The notes under the pieces: model-generated
What the model saw: the letters and a program-made list of their open reading frames with translations, nothing else
Databases searched by the model: none
Told to the model about the DNA's origin: nothing
NCBI GenBank assembly: GCA_012295275.1
Contig: CM022673.1
Location: forward strand, 21,080,001-21,144,000
DNA: 64,000 nucleotides
Reading direction: 5' to 3'
Origin: Chrysomallon squamiferum
Lineage: Eukaryota > Animalia > Mollusca
Made by a program: the position numbers and the translations under genes
Shown: piece after piece, positions 26,901 to 61,131 of the stretch
Layout: each line of letters starts with the position of its first letter
Numbering within the stretch: the first letter of the stretch is position 1

Positions 26901-27317
26901 CCTTATGATTTTCAACATGAAGCTATTTTAAATTAATCAAGATCCCCATCTTCTAATCGAAGACGGAACGTTAGTAGCATGTTTCATTTTACATCATTAA
27001 CTCAGTGTAGAAATAACAAGTTTGTGATATATAAAATGTAACAAGATATTGTTACATATACTTTTGATTTAATGAATCATTTACTCAATTACTGTAATAA
27101 TATGGTTCCGAATTTTATGTCGGTAATTCATCATACGGACATACCGCTCAATAAAGTTTAGTATCGCCAATGCCGTAGTGAGGAATTTGCCTCCTAGTCC
27201 TACCAATTGTATTTTATTACTAAGGTTATTATTAATGTAATCTTACCAGACACGACAGTTTAAAGATGTCCTTAAAGATGTCAATGCCTGTAATGTTTTT
27301 AAATAACTTTTCACCAT
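20916..27317 (-). CDS. BARD1: BRCA1-associated RING domain protein 1 (RING - ankyrin repeats - tandem BRCT)
   Basis: Minus-strand exons ~27317-27247, 26559-26503, 25912-25719, 25544-25296, 24842-24752, 24300-24123, 23834-23754, 23403-23231, 23038-22939, ~22608-22468, ~22164-22063, ~21712-21591, ~21252-20916. RING: LNCRVC..LGGCEHRFCRSC..CPLC..RQL. Ankyrin: KGETPLHVAAIKG, RDNAGWTPLHESCNHG, NDTPLHDA. BRCT: SHVIT..PRTLKY..GKWIV, LPGLFDGCQFYF, TVPYHA, SWIINSI. Confidence 0.95.
24440..24660. mobile_element. Decayed SINE-like interspersed repeat in a BARD1 intron
   Basis: ATTAGCAGGAAAGTGTCTATTATATGCATC...CTTTGATATGTCCATGTGGCACTAACTGGAA resembles, from memory, the core of molluscan Nin-domain SINEs. 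Not verified by alignment. Confidence 0.35.
26013..26110. repeat. Near-perfect 46-bp inverted repeat with 6-nt loop
   Basis: TCACTGTGATTTAAATATTAAAAAGTGATAAAATTTATTCAATAAA / AGACCA / TTTATTGAATACATTTTATCACTTTTTAATATTTAAATCACAATGA; 2 mismatches. Confidence 0.9.
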
Positions 27318-27746
27318 ATTTAAATTTCAATGAAATACAGATTTCATCGAGAAATGTTGTTTATATAATGGCGCCATTTTGCTTTATAAACTGTTATCTA
27401 TATTTATATCCCATATTTAAAACGATGAAATGTAAGATGAAAATTGTCCTTTTAATCATTTGAATGTCTTTGTGCTAAAGTAACAGAGGATGACTATTAT
27501 TATTTTTTGTTCATTCCTGTATTTTGATTTCAGTTTATTTTTTTAAATCGATTGTGTATATAATTAAAGCAAAAATAATTTTAAATTCCAATGCTAATAA
27601 TGTCATTTCACCTATTTGCGAATTTATAAAATTGTATATTACAGATTACAAACTTGTAAATTAATTTATCGCATTTTTTCTCCATTCTGTTTTTTCTAAT
27701 TCTGCCAGTTTTGTATTTTAAACTGATACAAATAATTTTATTAATT

Positions 27747-27819
<73 letters not shown>

Positions 27820-27942
27820 TTAATGATTTCAATGTTTTCTTTCAATGTGATCACATTTAGAAGAAAAAAAACTTTTAAAAAATTATTTAGCATTAGTGTA
27901 TTAGATAGCAGTATTGTTTTATAAAGCGGAAGAGGAAGCAAG
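27318..27942. promoter_or_regulatory. Probable bidirectional promoter region shared by BARD1 and HECW
   Basis: Head-to-head genes. Palindromic AATGGCGCCATT (27367-27378) gives a YY1-like core on both strands, followed by (GA)n at 27750-27814 and an ETS-like GCGGAAG at 27926, then donor AAG|GTAATT at 27942. A second candidate non-coding exon lies at 28351-28408. Confidence 0.5.
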
Positions 27943-30053
27943 GTAATTATCCCATTTCCAGAAAGGAGAAACTTGTAAATGAATTAGGGTTTGTAATTGA
28001 TATTTATGGTAGTCTATATCTTGTTCTCTTATGACCCTTTTTTAAATTTCTTTATCATTGAACGTGAACGTGCCAACACATGGATTTATCCCTATCAGCA
28101 GAATTTAAAGATATTAAGGTAACTACAAACAGTATTACAATGAAGAGTTCAACAGCATCCACTGTCGAATGACACTTTAGATAAAGATAGTCATTTCGAA
28201 TGACTAGTGTTACACACCCACAAATTAAATATATAATATAATTCTTAAAAGGTTATTCATATCTGTATTCTTTTCACAAATGTTTGGTACATACTTGTGA
28301 TACAGAACAATAAATATGTATTTGTTTACATTTTTTAATTTATTTTATAGTTGACAAATTCCGAATAGTGACAGTGAGTCAGTGACACTAATTGTGACTT
28401 AGGATAAGGTACTAATTATATTTTAAAATTAAGTCTTTATTTAAAATTTTAAGCATTTGTATTCATACAAATTCATGCTTTGACTAGTTGTTTTGATTAA
28501 TTTAGAAGGAAATGAAGTTACTAAATTCTTATTTATTCTGTCTTGATTAATAATTTAATTATCCAAGCAATTATGCTTGTTATAAAAACTGCATTAAGAG
28601 TCAAGAAAGAAATCCAACTTGATTTGTTATTTCTGTATTTTCTTTCTCTTTTTTCTCTGTTTATTTATTTATTTATTTATTTATTTATTTGTAGAATTTA
28701 TCCAATTCATTATTCTGTGCAGAAATAAGAAATGCAAGAGATAATTTTATATGTAAAAAAGTGAAAGCTAATTTGACATTAAAAACATTACTACTAAGTT
28801 ACTAATAAAAGGAGTATTTTTATCAATACAAAATTATTTGTTTCACACTTTTCTGCAGATTTAGCATGGTCTATTTCCAAGTTTTAAACTGTAAATATTG
28901 GTAATAATTAATAAATATCTAATTATGTCATAGTATATGTATAACTGTCTCTTCAGCTTTCAGATAAAAATCAATCAGGCATAAGTGTTTAGAATAAAAA
29001 GAATAATTAATTAATTAGATAACAAAATAAGATTGAATGAAAACATTCCCATTTGTGATTTAAGATGTGCCAGTCATATTACTAGTATTAATTAATAACT
29101 GGACTTTGGTGAAATGGACATATTTTAACTTAAATTAGAAGATAATATAAACAACTATTAATGTGTACTGAACTAAATTACATACATATATATATAATGT
29201 GTGTTAAAAACAAAAACATCTTTGCTAAATTATCCTATATATTATAGTTTCTGATAAGTTGTTTAGTAAACACAGTAATAAAAATAATAGAAACTTAATT
29301 GAAAACATAAGCTATATATTGTTTAAATGTATAATAAACTTTAACAAAATGTCACATAATTATTAAAAACTAAAGATCTTGTTAACTATGCTACAGAAAC
29401 AATAATTATGTTCTAAGAAAATGTTGGACTGGAGTATGATTGCAAAGTAAGTCACACTGTCAAATGTCTGCTGTATGGCTTTCCAGTTAGTACTGACTAA
29501 TGACTTGCATTTTGAATGTTATGTTATTTGTTTTTTCTTTTGATTTAAAATTTCTTTGTTTCCTTTCCTATTATGTAATATATTTTTGAAATATTCTTTT
29601 TCAAAATGGTCTTTTAAGATCTAAATTGTAATTAAACACTAAAGAAATAATTCTTAATGGATTGTATGAGTGTGTGTGTGTGTGTGTGTTTAAATCAAAT
29701 AATTTATTGAAATAACTTTATTTCCATTCAGAAAAGTAGTCTGTTACAATAATATTGAAATTTATTTAGTCATATCTTACCACTAGTTATAGTGATTGCA
29801 GTGTACAAAAACCTTAACAGTAAAATTAAAGAATTAGTAAATTGTTTGTAGAAAGACTAATTGCTAGAAGTTTTCATTTTGAAATCTGTAGAAAATATTC
29901 ATATTTAATATGTTTTTGTCAGTTGTGATAAAATATGAAGTTACATGTGTTTTATTTCAGATAAATTCATCAACAGCGTGCCTTTAATTTCCTTGTTAAT
30001 CATGTTGTTGGAAACAAAATTCATACAGGAAGCTATTTAATTTTCATTAAAGC

Positions 30054-30173
30054 ATGCCTAACCTAGACTATGATGATTTCTGGATTCTTCATTTCCGAGA
30101 ATCCGAGAAACATGTATTTTGGAAATTTGATAACCGGATGGATTTCCGTATGCTGGCTGAACCATTGTTATAG
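30054..30173 (+). other. 39-codon upstream ORF in the inferred HECW 5' leader
   Basis: ATG...TAG encodes MPNLDYDDFWILHFRESEKHVFWKFDNRMDFRMLAEPLL, downstream of acceptor TTTCAG at 29960 and in the same frame as the main ATG at 30195. Confidence 0.55.
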
Positions 30174-30194
30174 ATCATGTAGGGAAACAGTATA

Positions 30195-51199
<21,005 letters not shown>

Positions 51200-54100
51200 T
51201 GACATCTTTCACTGGCTGCACGTTTTACCGAACAAACTGAATCATCCCGTCTTTCATTGTTATTAAACTGTATAACATGTTTTTTATTTTAATCTTTGCT
51301 ATTTATTATCTTTTTCCCAGAGTTGGTACATACTTTTATGAACTCTTTGAGTAAAATACAATCATCACTTTTACTTTTATATTTTTTTATATTTTTATTT
51401 ATTTGTTTAATTATTATTATCATTATTATTAATACTATATTAATTGTTAAATAATTTTTTTTCTTGCAATATCTGAGGTGTTATTTTTTTTGGTTTGTAA
51501 TATTACATATAATTTTTTTTAAATATCTGATTGGAATGATTATTGTTAGTCACAATTTCCGCAATTAATTTTTGTCTAATTTTTCATTTTTTTAACTTTA
51601 TATAAAACATCATGCATGCCAAAACATTTAGTGTGATACAATTTTATATAGATTAACAAATAAAATTAGATATTTTGTCCCTTTTTTTTTTAAGGACATA
51701 TGTGTATAAATATCCTGTCCTAAATGGATTATTGACTTTCAGTGTAACTCAAGTTGAATATTTTGCATTTAAATTTTAAATTTGTGCTCACTGACTTACA
51801 TTTATCTGTACTGGATAACATTTATTTTAAACAGATGAACTGTCAAAATTATTTTATATTTGATTTTCATTTAATTAGTTCAGTTCTACGATTATCAGAA
51901 TACAGCTATTTTAGAATTGTTTTTAAATCCTATTAAACGTGATTTTACTGATGCTGGGTTACTGCATAATTAAACTCTTCACTAAGTAGGTACTGACATC
52001 TAACAGCAAACATTTGGATTGTAGTAGAAATATATAGTCCCCAAGCATCGTGTTCCAATGAAATTACATCATACCACAGATTGTTATAACTTGGTATATT
52101 ATGACCATTAAAGTGGTCACTCTGGGTACAAGGGAAGTCTGGACCATAGCAGTCTCTCAGTATGTATGTTAATTTTTATGAATAATATTTACACTACTTG
52201 TGTAAACTAAAAACTAAATTTCAGATGTACACAATGACTACCAGAACTAACAGAACACTTCAACTACTGTTATTAGGTAAAATGTTAGCCAAACAGGATT
52301 TGTATTTTTGGTTGGTTATTTGTCTGATTTAACAATTATTGGCATAAATTCAGTGAGAATTTCCCATCAAATTTTGTTTTCAGTGCATATCACAGTCAAG
52401 ATATAAGGGCACACTCGAATTAATATATCTGAGTTAATTCATGACTGATTTTGTAACATAAAATAAAATTTAGTATGTTTTAAATTATTTTTGCTTTATT
52501 TTCCTCTTTTATGAAAACTCTTAAAAAATATCTTTTTAATGTATTAATTTGTGATTAGCTACTTACAGATATCAAAACATTGTGCATAATTTTTTACTAA
52601 CATTCAACAGTACTGCTGCAATAAAATAAACAAGTAATCTAATAGTTTTAAATAACTGCAGAAAATATTGTTATTTTATTGTTCAGTGTGAAATTTACCA
52701 TTTGAATAGAGGAGATTTTGGATGAATTACATTAAATTGTTTTATTCCAGTCCATAATACAAACTATATATAGTCAGTAGATACATAGACCTTAAAATAA
52801 TTGTTGACAATAGAAGCTTCCTGAAAACTTTTCAAAATAACACTATAGTAACACTGACAAGATACTTTTTAACTGTACGTCTTTTAACTTTTTTAATTAA
52901 TCAAAATATATTTTAAAATTAACTTTTTTACTTTTTATTTTACAACAAATACAAAAAGTAGTTTTAAATAGAAATTATTTTGTAATTTTACATTTTGCTT
53001 TAACCATCATAATTGAGGAATACTTCTTATGATTTTTTTTATTTTTATTTTTTTTTTTTTTTTTTTTCTGCATTCTTTTTTTCATTGCTGAATAAAATGA
53101 TTAGCAACATGTACAGTTTCTAGACCTTGACAAGTTTGTTAACAACTTCAGAGTTGAATACGAAGTGTGAAAACTGCATTCAGAGTGGCACAGACTGACA
53201 CAAACCAGTATTGAGTGTTAAACTAGTCACTATGAAATGTGTGATTATTATGCCTTAAACGTGTTTCTGTGATATTTTATATCAGTGAACTGTTGTAGAA
53301 AATGTACACTGCTGTTCTGTAGATCCTCATCAGTCTTTGTAGTAATTACACTGTTTACTACATTTATACTTATTTTTATTTATTTATTTATTTTATTAAT
53401 ATTTGTTTAATGTTTTTATATTATATATTATTATTTTTATAGATCATTTTATGGTGTATGAGGTAATAAGGCAAAAATTAAACTTCATAATTTTGATCAT
53501 GAGAAAACAGTTGTTGGGGAAAATATTTTACTAAATTGTTTTTATTTTTAATAAAAGTAATTTTAAAATCTTTGTGAAAAAAATAAAAATTTTATTTGTT
53601 CATTTTAAAAAACTGAAATTGAGAAATGTGAACAAAATTCAGGAAGTACATGTTTTGAATTTAAAATCTTAAAGAAATTTTAACTGTTGATATTGTATTT
53701 TGTGTTCATACATTTTTACTTTGTTTTTTTTATATTCATTATTAAAAAACAACAACACAGAATTAACATTAGTATTCCATTTATTTTAGTGCTACCTTAA
53801 TCCTAGTCAAAACGGTTTGATAAAATGAAACAGTTACTTTTTGAAGAAAATTGGTAATATTTTTGTTTGCAGGGTGAAACAAAATTATTATATCATTAGA
53901 AAGGGTAATGAGTTCCATGAAAAGTGAAACAATGTATTATGGTTGTCTGTGTGTTGTGTTCCTTGAGGGAGAGATATCACTAATCAATTTAAAAAAAAAA
54001 AAAATCACTGTTCGTTGTTAATACAATATGTAATATCACATGGAACATTTTAACATTGTTGGTGTGGGAGGGATCTTTAAAATGTGATTGCTTTATAAAG

Positions 54101-56023
54101 AGGATGTTATATGTAAATAAATAAATTATTGTCAGTAAATTCAAATTTTCTTTGTTAGCATACCAGAAGTTGATTGTGAATTGTTACATTCTCATGCAGA
54201 TCATTGTCTAACATTTGTCATTTTTCTCTGATCATGTGTAATTACTATAGGGTGAACTCTTAAACATCATTTATATACGTAGTTCATTTAATGCATGAAT
54301 TCTTTCAAAACAATGATTACTTAATTAATATTTAATATTTAATGCTTGTACATACAGACATGCCTATTATAGCTTATTATGTACAGTAATTTCTGAGATG
54401 TACATTTTTCATAACTAATTTTAAATATATATGTTCTATGTTCAGTGAAGTATATATATTTTCAAGGTTCATGTACACATGCCAAATCTTCTCCTTTTTT
54501 TTCAGCTTTATTTTATTTTTTTGTTTTTAATTCCCCCCTTTCTTTATTATTTTTGGTGATAATCCTATGCTCAAACATAATTGTGTACAGTAAAAATGTA
54601 CATCTGCTTTGATGCTCACACCTAATCTATATAAGTTGCTATTTCCATTAACAAATGCATTGAAGTATTAAATATGCAAAATGAATCTGTGTTTGTCTTT
54701 TATTTTTAATGTGCATAATAAAGATTTCGTTACTGAGTTTGTTTATACTAAACTTTAAAAATTCTTGCCATCAATCAAGCCATAATTCTGCTTGTGTGTG
54801 TTCTGCTTGTTAAACTTCAGCTTTGATGGTTTGATTACTTTCTGGCTTAACATACTAAAATTTCTTAAAATAAATATTTATTCTATCATTTATATTTTTG
54901 ATAGATTCATATCATATATTTTGAAAACCTGCATAAATTTAAATCACAGATTAACTGCATCTCATTATGGTCAGGATAAGTTTGATAATCAAGCTTGCTA
55001 TTATTCTTATTCATTTAATGAAAAAAGATTGTTCCTAAGTTTTTATTTTACAGATTTGATAAAGGAATACAAAGTCAGTAATATATAACTACAATTTGCA
55101 AACATCAATCATATACAGATTTTTAATTTTTGTTTTTACAATATTTGTTTATGTGGTATACATAAGTAAAGTATTGCTGCTTATCTTGTAACACTGACAT
55201 CCAGTAGAGGCATTATTGGATTCAACTTGTCACCAAATAATTATGCACAGTATCCACAGAATAATAAATGTAAATTAAACAAAGAATTAAAAAAATAATA
55301 ATAATAAAAAAAAAAAAAAAAAAAACAATACTTATTTTAGCTTCCATCCACTTCAGTTTATCCAGGTACGAGGTTTTTTTTTTTTTTTTTATTATTATTA
55401 TTATTATATTTTTTTAAAGGTGTGAAGAAAGAAAAATTACCAGCCATGGCTTTCATTGTCAGAAGGCGTGACAGGAAGATGTAGATGACAAAAAACCACT
55501 TTCTAGCTAAATTGCAAATTACTTTCCACCTTGCATGTACAGATTATCTGTAGAACGTTGACATTGCCTGATAATGGTCGACAGAACAAATGGCATCGGT
55601 ATTTATACTCAGACACAAGTGGTACATATTTTGTCTGTCAGTGGCGCTGTCTTGACGATGACGTTCATAGGTAATTGCATATTCACTATAATAGGCAGGT
55701 AAACGTTGTTTGAGAGGTTTAAAATAAAATATACGGTTGTATTACTTTTTATTTTTTGTTTATGAAAGCTCAGTGGTAACGGCAAAATGACTGACACAGA
55801 TATAATTAACTGTTTGATCATTTTTCTATATCTGTGATAATCTGAAATCAATTTATTGTAGTAATAATTACATTTGTAAAATATATTTGTTCTAGCAATG
55901 GTAGGACTCATTTTTACCCAAATACCATCATAATAAGTCTCAATAAATAACCACAGAAACTGAACAGGACAGGATCAACATAAATTACAATAACTCAAGA
56001 ATTTACAACAACAACAAATCGTT

Positions 56024-56513
56024 ATGGATGTAGTTTCTGCATGTTACGTTAGTGGCGGATGTAACCCCACCGCCCACAGTGCTGACTGGGGACATAATAA
56101 TTTAATTAGTTATGCATCGTGTAAATCGGTTCTTATAAGTAATCCAGAGGTATTTGTTTTTATTTATTTTAATATATTTTGTCGTAATTTAAGTGTTTAT
56201 ATTCTATAACGATATGTTATCGTGCATTTCCAATAATCGTATTAACTAATATTTAAAAGCATATTTCTTGTTTTGTTACAAATCTTTTGAGTTAATTTGT
56301 CTAATTACTTATTTTAAATTAGATAGTGAATTGAATTTTAATTTATTAATAATAATACAGGCTTGTTTATTTAACTGTAATATGATTACACATGAATGCA
56401 GGATGTATTTAGACTGTTTATAACTTTATTCCTATCCAAAAATAGCCTTTAACTGTAAGTTTCATTGTTTATGTTTTTTAAGACTCTTATTTCACTTTTA
56501 TTAATTTAATGGA

Positions 56514-56586
<73 letters not shown>

Positions 56587-59500
56587 CAAACAGCATGTGA
56601 CACCAGGAAAACTACAAGCAGCTAAAGTTAAGCAAGTTCTAACTGGCCACAAAGATTGTGTTAATTGTATTAAGTGGGTTCCATTTCCTGATTACTGCAG
56701 TAAGTTATAATTTCATATTTATAATACTGAATAAAACTGAAAAAATTCCATTTAGTTGAGTAGAACGTTTTACATTATTTTTAAACAGATTATGGCTGAT
56801 ATTTCCAGATGTTTTACATACTTCTGAATTTAATTATTTAGGCAAAAATAATTTTAAATGAAATTTTAATTTCTGAAGTATTGTTTACACAATGTGTGGG
56901 ATAATTTTAATTAAAATCATTATAGTATTAATTGTTAATTTATTGTTAAGTTTAAAAATGATTTACAGTGATTTCAATTTTTGTGTTCAGCTCCAGAAAC
57001 TATAGTGTTGTCTGGTTCAAGAGACAAGAATATCTGTGTATGGCAGGAAGATCTTCATCAGTCTCAAAATGTAAGTACCGTTATCAGTTTATTATTTGTT
57101 ATTAAAATGTTAAATCATAACAATAACAAAAATAAATAAATAAAAATAAAACATTATTTTTTTTAAATTATTATTATAGGGATATTTTTACAATTGTATC
57201 TATAAAATGATTTGAGAATTTGAAAAATGTTATTAATACTTCATATGATGTATTTGCATTTGGGGTTGCTAAGTTATATAAGGCCTTTGTTTATACAGGT
57301 ACCACCAAACAGTATACATTAATTGTAAGTTAAAATGCTGAAACTAAAATAGTTAAAAAATGTACCTGTAAACATATCTGATATCATATATAGTTTTGAT
57401 GAATACATATTTTTGTTTTTATAAAAAAATTATGTTTTTATAAAAAATTATAAGAATAATAATAATACCATGATTATACAGATGTTTGTATTTTCTTTTT
57501 TTCTAATTATCAAAATATATTGTTTTTACAAAATGATGACAGAAATAATAATTATGATTCCAGTTCCACCTTGAAACATGTCTATCAGGTCACACAGCTG
57601 CTGTTACAGCTGTTGAAGGAATTTTCATTACTTTATCAACATCGTCATCATCAACACTTGCATGTCAGGACTTAACTCTGCTCATTGCTTCAGCTTCCTC
57701 AGATTCTACAGTTAAAATATGGAGAAAAGATGCAGGCAAAGGTTAGTTCGTGTATAAAAACAACTAGAAGTACACTAATGAAAACCATCTGGATGAAAAA
57801 GCAGTATTGTTTATTAGTAGAAATATATTATATTTTTAAATAAAGTCATATCAGAAAATTTCAAATTCATATGGAGTAAACTGCTCTTAAATGAAATTAT
57901 TTACATCTTGCTATTTTTTTTTTTTTTCCATGTCATGCCTAAACATAGCATTGTTAAATATATGATATGTGTATAATTTGATTAATGTTAAATTAAAAAC
58001 TAAAATAGAAAGTGCGATCTTTTAAATAAACTTTTCAGTTCAATGCCACTTAACTGTAATATAAATATTAATACAAATGTGTTTTGAAACTCTATTGAGA
58101 GTGAGAAATTTTTTTTTTTTTGTTTTTTCAATAATAGATTTTCAAGAAATTCAGACCCTCTGTTTTGGAAATGGATTTGCACTTGACATAGCTATGAAAA
58201 TTATTCCTGGAACAAATGGTAATATTTTTATACTTGTATAGACTGATGTATGATAATTCATAATATGTTATAAATTATTTACAATGAAAAATAATTAGAT
58301 GAGTAGTTTATATTTTGTTGTTTCACTAAATGAATTTTTTTAAATGACTAACATGCTGACATTTGATAACTACACATTTAAATATATTGCATTTTATAAA
58401 TAGTTTATGCATCAATTATAATGTTCTGTTAATTAACATAAGAATAAATGTTACTTGTTACAGTGGTTTTGTTGGCATGTGGAGCAGATGACCATAAGAT
58501 ACACATATATGTAATGCAGAAAAATCAGGTAGAAATTATTTGAAATATTTTTTTTTATGAATCATTAAAATTAATGTCAAGGTTTTAAACTCAGTTATAA
58601 TGCCAAGAAGTTGAAGAACATTTTAAAATGAATTAATTAGTAATAACCTCCAAAAATGTTTAGAATGTAGAAGACTAATTTACAGATAAGATTTCTTCAT
58701 TTTACTTACTTGGCTACAGTATATTCCTTAACAACCAGAACAGCTGATGTGTCAAGGCATTTTTGTACTATTGTATACTTGTAGTATTGTATAATAACTT
58801 AGTAAAATATATTAAATGTATGTGGATTATTTATTTTTCAAATTTTGTCAAATTAATAATTTTAAGATCCTTTTGAATAATGGCGCTGGGATTTCACGTA
58901 TTTTGTTTATTGACATTTGAGCAAATTTAGGAATTAATACTGATAATTATATTAAACATTTTTCTCTAAAGTTTTGAAACATCTGTTGGAAAATATTTGA
59001 TGAAGATTTCAATTTTTAGTTTGTGAAGAAGATGGTTCTGACAGGACATGAAGATTGGGTGAGGAGTTTGGACTTCATGGTTGATGGTTAGTGTTCTTTC
59101 TGAGTCACACATTAACTTTTGAAATATTTAGATAACATTTTGTATACACGAAAATAATAGATCTAACTGTTTTTAAGTAGCAATTTTTGTATTAGTCTAA
59201 TCACAATATTACAAGGGAGTGTGAATTTTATATAGAGAGGAAATATGTTTTGACTAGATTTGTTACTTTTTTAATCAGTTTGTTAAATCATTAAATACTA
59301 TGCTGGCTTATATATCCTTTACTGAAATTAACACTGATAGAATCAGTTCATAATTTGAAATTTTATTTTTATTTTTTTTTTATTACATTCCTTTACATCA
59401 GTTATTTTTTTTTTATGCTGAATACTAATTTTCTAGGTTAGTTATCATTTCTGTTCTGTTTAATTTTCTAGATTCTAGGTTTGTTATCATTTCTGTTCTG

Positions 59501-59959
59501 TTTAATTTGTTGTATCACAGTTCAGGTGACTGTTTCTCTTGTTTCACAGATAATGATGATGTGCTACTTGTAAGCAGTGCACAAGACAATCTGATTAGGA
59601 TTTGGAGATTTTGCAGAAGAAACACTGACAGAAATAAAACACTGAATTCTGTCAATGACTTGACTCTGGAAGAAGACATCACAATGCCAGAAAATATTTT
59701 TTCTTATAGCTTCAATGGTAGGGGTAAAACAACATGTATATAAAAATGTCATGTGATATTAATCATATTTTTCTAAGATAATTTTAATTAGTTCTAACTA
59801 TCAAACATTTTAGTAATTTTAATTTTAATTTTAATTTTAAATTTAATTTTAATTTTAAATTTTTATTTATTTATTCTTAATAATAGATTATAGGTTTTTC
59901 TTTCAGAGTAAATAAAATGTACACACGTGCACACATATAGTGTGGCAATTTTTATAATT

Positions 59960-59998
<39 letters not shown>

Positions 59999-61090
59999 TT
60001 ATAGAATACGACAATAGTATTTTTATTCCTTTTTTATCTTGTTTCTTTTACAGTCTACAAAGAATGAAATGTAAAATAAATGATCATTTAAATTGACAAA
60101 ACCTCTGAGATTAAGTATGTGATTTCTCTGTTGTTTCACTTATTCAGATAAAGATCAGTTCTGTGCTGTTTGCCTGGAGTCAGTGTTGAGTGGACACGAA
60201 GGCTGGATTTACAGTGTCAGGTGGCATCCCAGAGTCAAAACAGGTTAATTCCTTTTTAATAATTTTATATACACATTTCACAGGTTTGGGTAATTTATAA
60301 AACATTTAACATAATTTGTTTTAATATTTTCCTTTGGGCATGGATCAGTTCTTGTACATTAATCTGTATTTTATTTAGCACTACTTATAATGTATTTAAT
60401 AATAATATTTTTGTTCTGTATTAAAAATTAATAATTCAGACAGTGTTTGTTGAGCTGTTTTTTCCAATCATAATTCATTTGAAATATTTAAATAATTTCA
60501 GTAATTTAAATGATCTTACACATATACAGAGGTTTTATTATTTTTCAATGATTATGAAATGTATGTAAATAGCACATAAAATTAATTGTTAGTTTTTAGC
60601 AATCATTTAATTGGTTATCTAACAATTCTAGTGTAAATTATAAAACAGGTGACCAGTCATATCACCAGCCAATGTGTCTGCTGTCTGCATCAATGGACAA
60701 GACGATGATGTTGTGGGCTCCAGACGCTGATGGTGGAATCTGGCTGGAACAGGTTAGTATCCTGACATCATTCTTAATTTTTATTTTATTTTTTTATTAT
60801 TTGGTTTTGTCTTGTTTGATTAATATACTTATATTACTTTTTTTTTTTTTTCTATTTCTGTAATGGACACACAGTTAGTCTATACTAGTAAAAGAGACAG
60901 TTATTAAAAACTAGTTTTTCTGTGTTCCAGGTGCGTGTGGGAGAGGTGGGTGGTAACACACTTGGTTTCTATGGAGGGCTCTTTGGCCCTGATGGTCATT
61001 CTATTCTGGCACATGGTTACCAGGGAGCTTTTCACCACTGGATGCAAAGTACTGAGGTAATTTATCATTATTATTATTGCTTGCTGCTGC

Positions 61091-61131
<41 letters not shown>

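Noticed and set aside
26860-26990. Alternative BARD1 first exon
   Set aside because: Short frames lacking the first RING CxxC; exon 27317-27247 supplies it in the correct phase.
55609-55911. 100-aa minus-strand ORF upstream of ELP2
   Set aside because: AT-rich composition, no recognisable motif or splice structure. It lies in the probable ELP2 promoter region.
59424-59508. ~40-bp tandem duplication before an ELP2 acceptor
   Set aside because: Real but only two copies; it does not include the used acceptor, and no consequence is evident.
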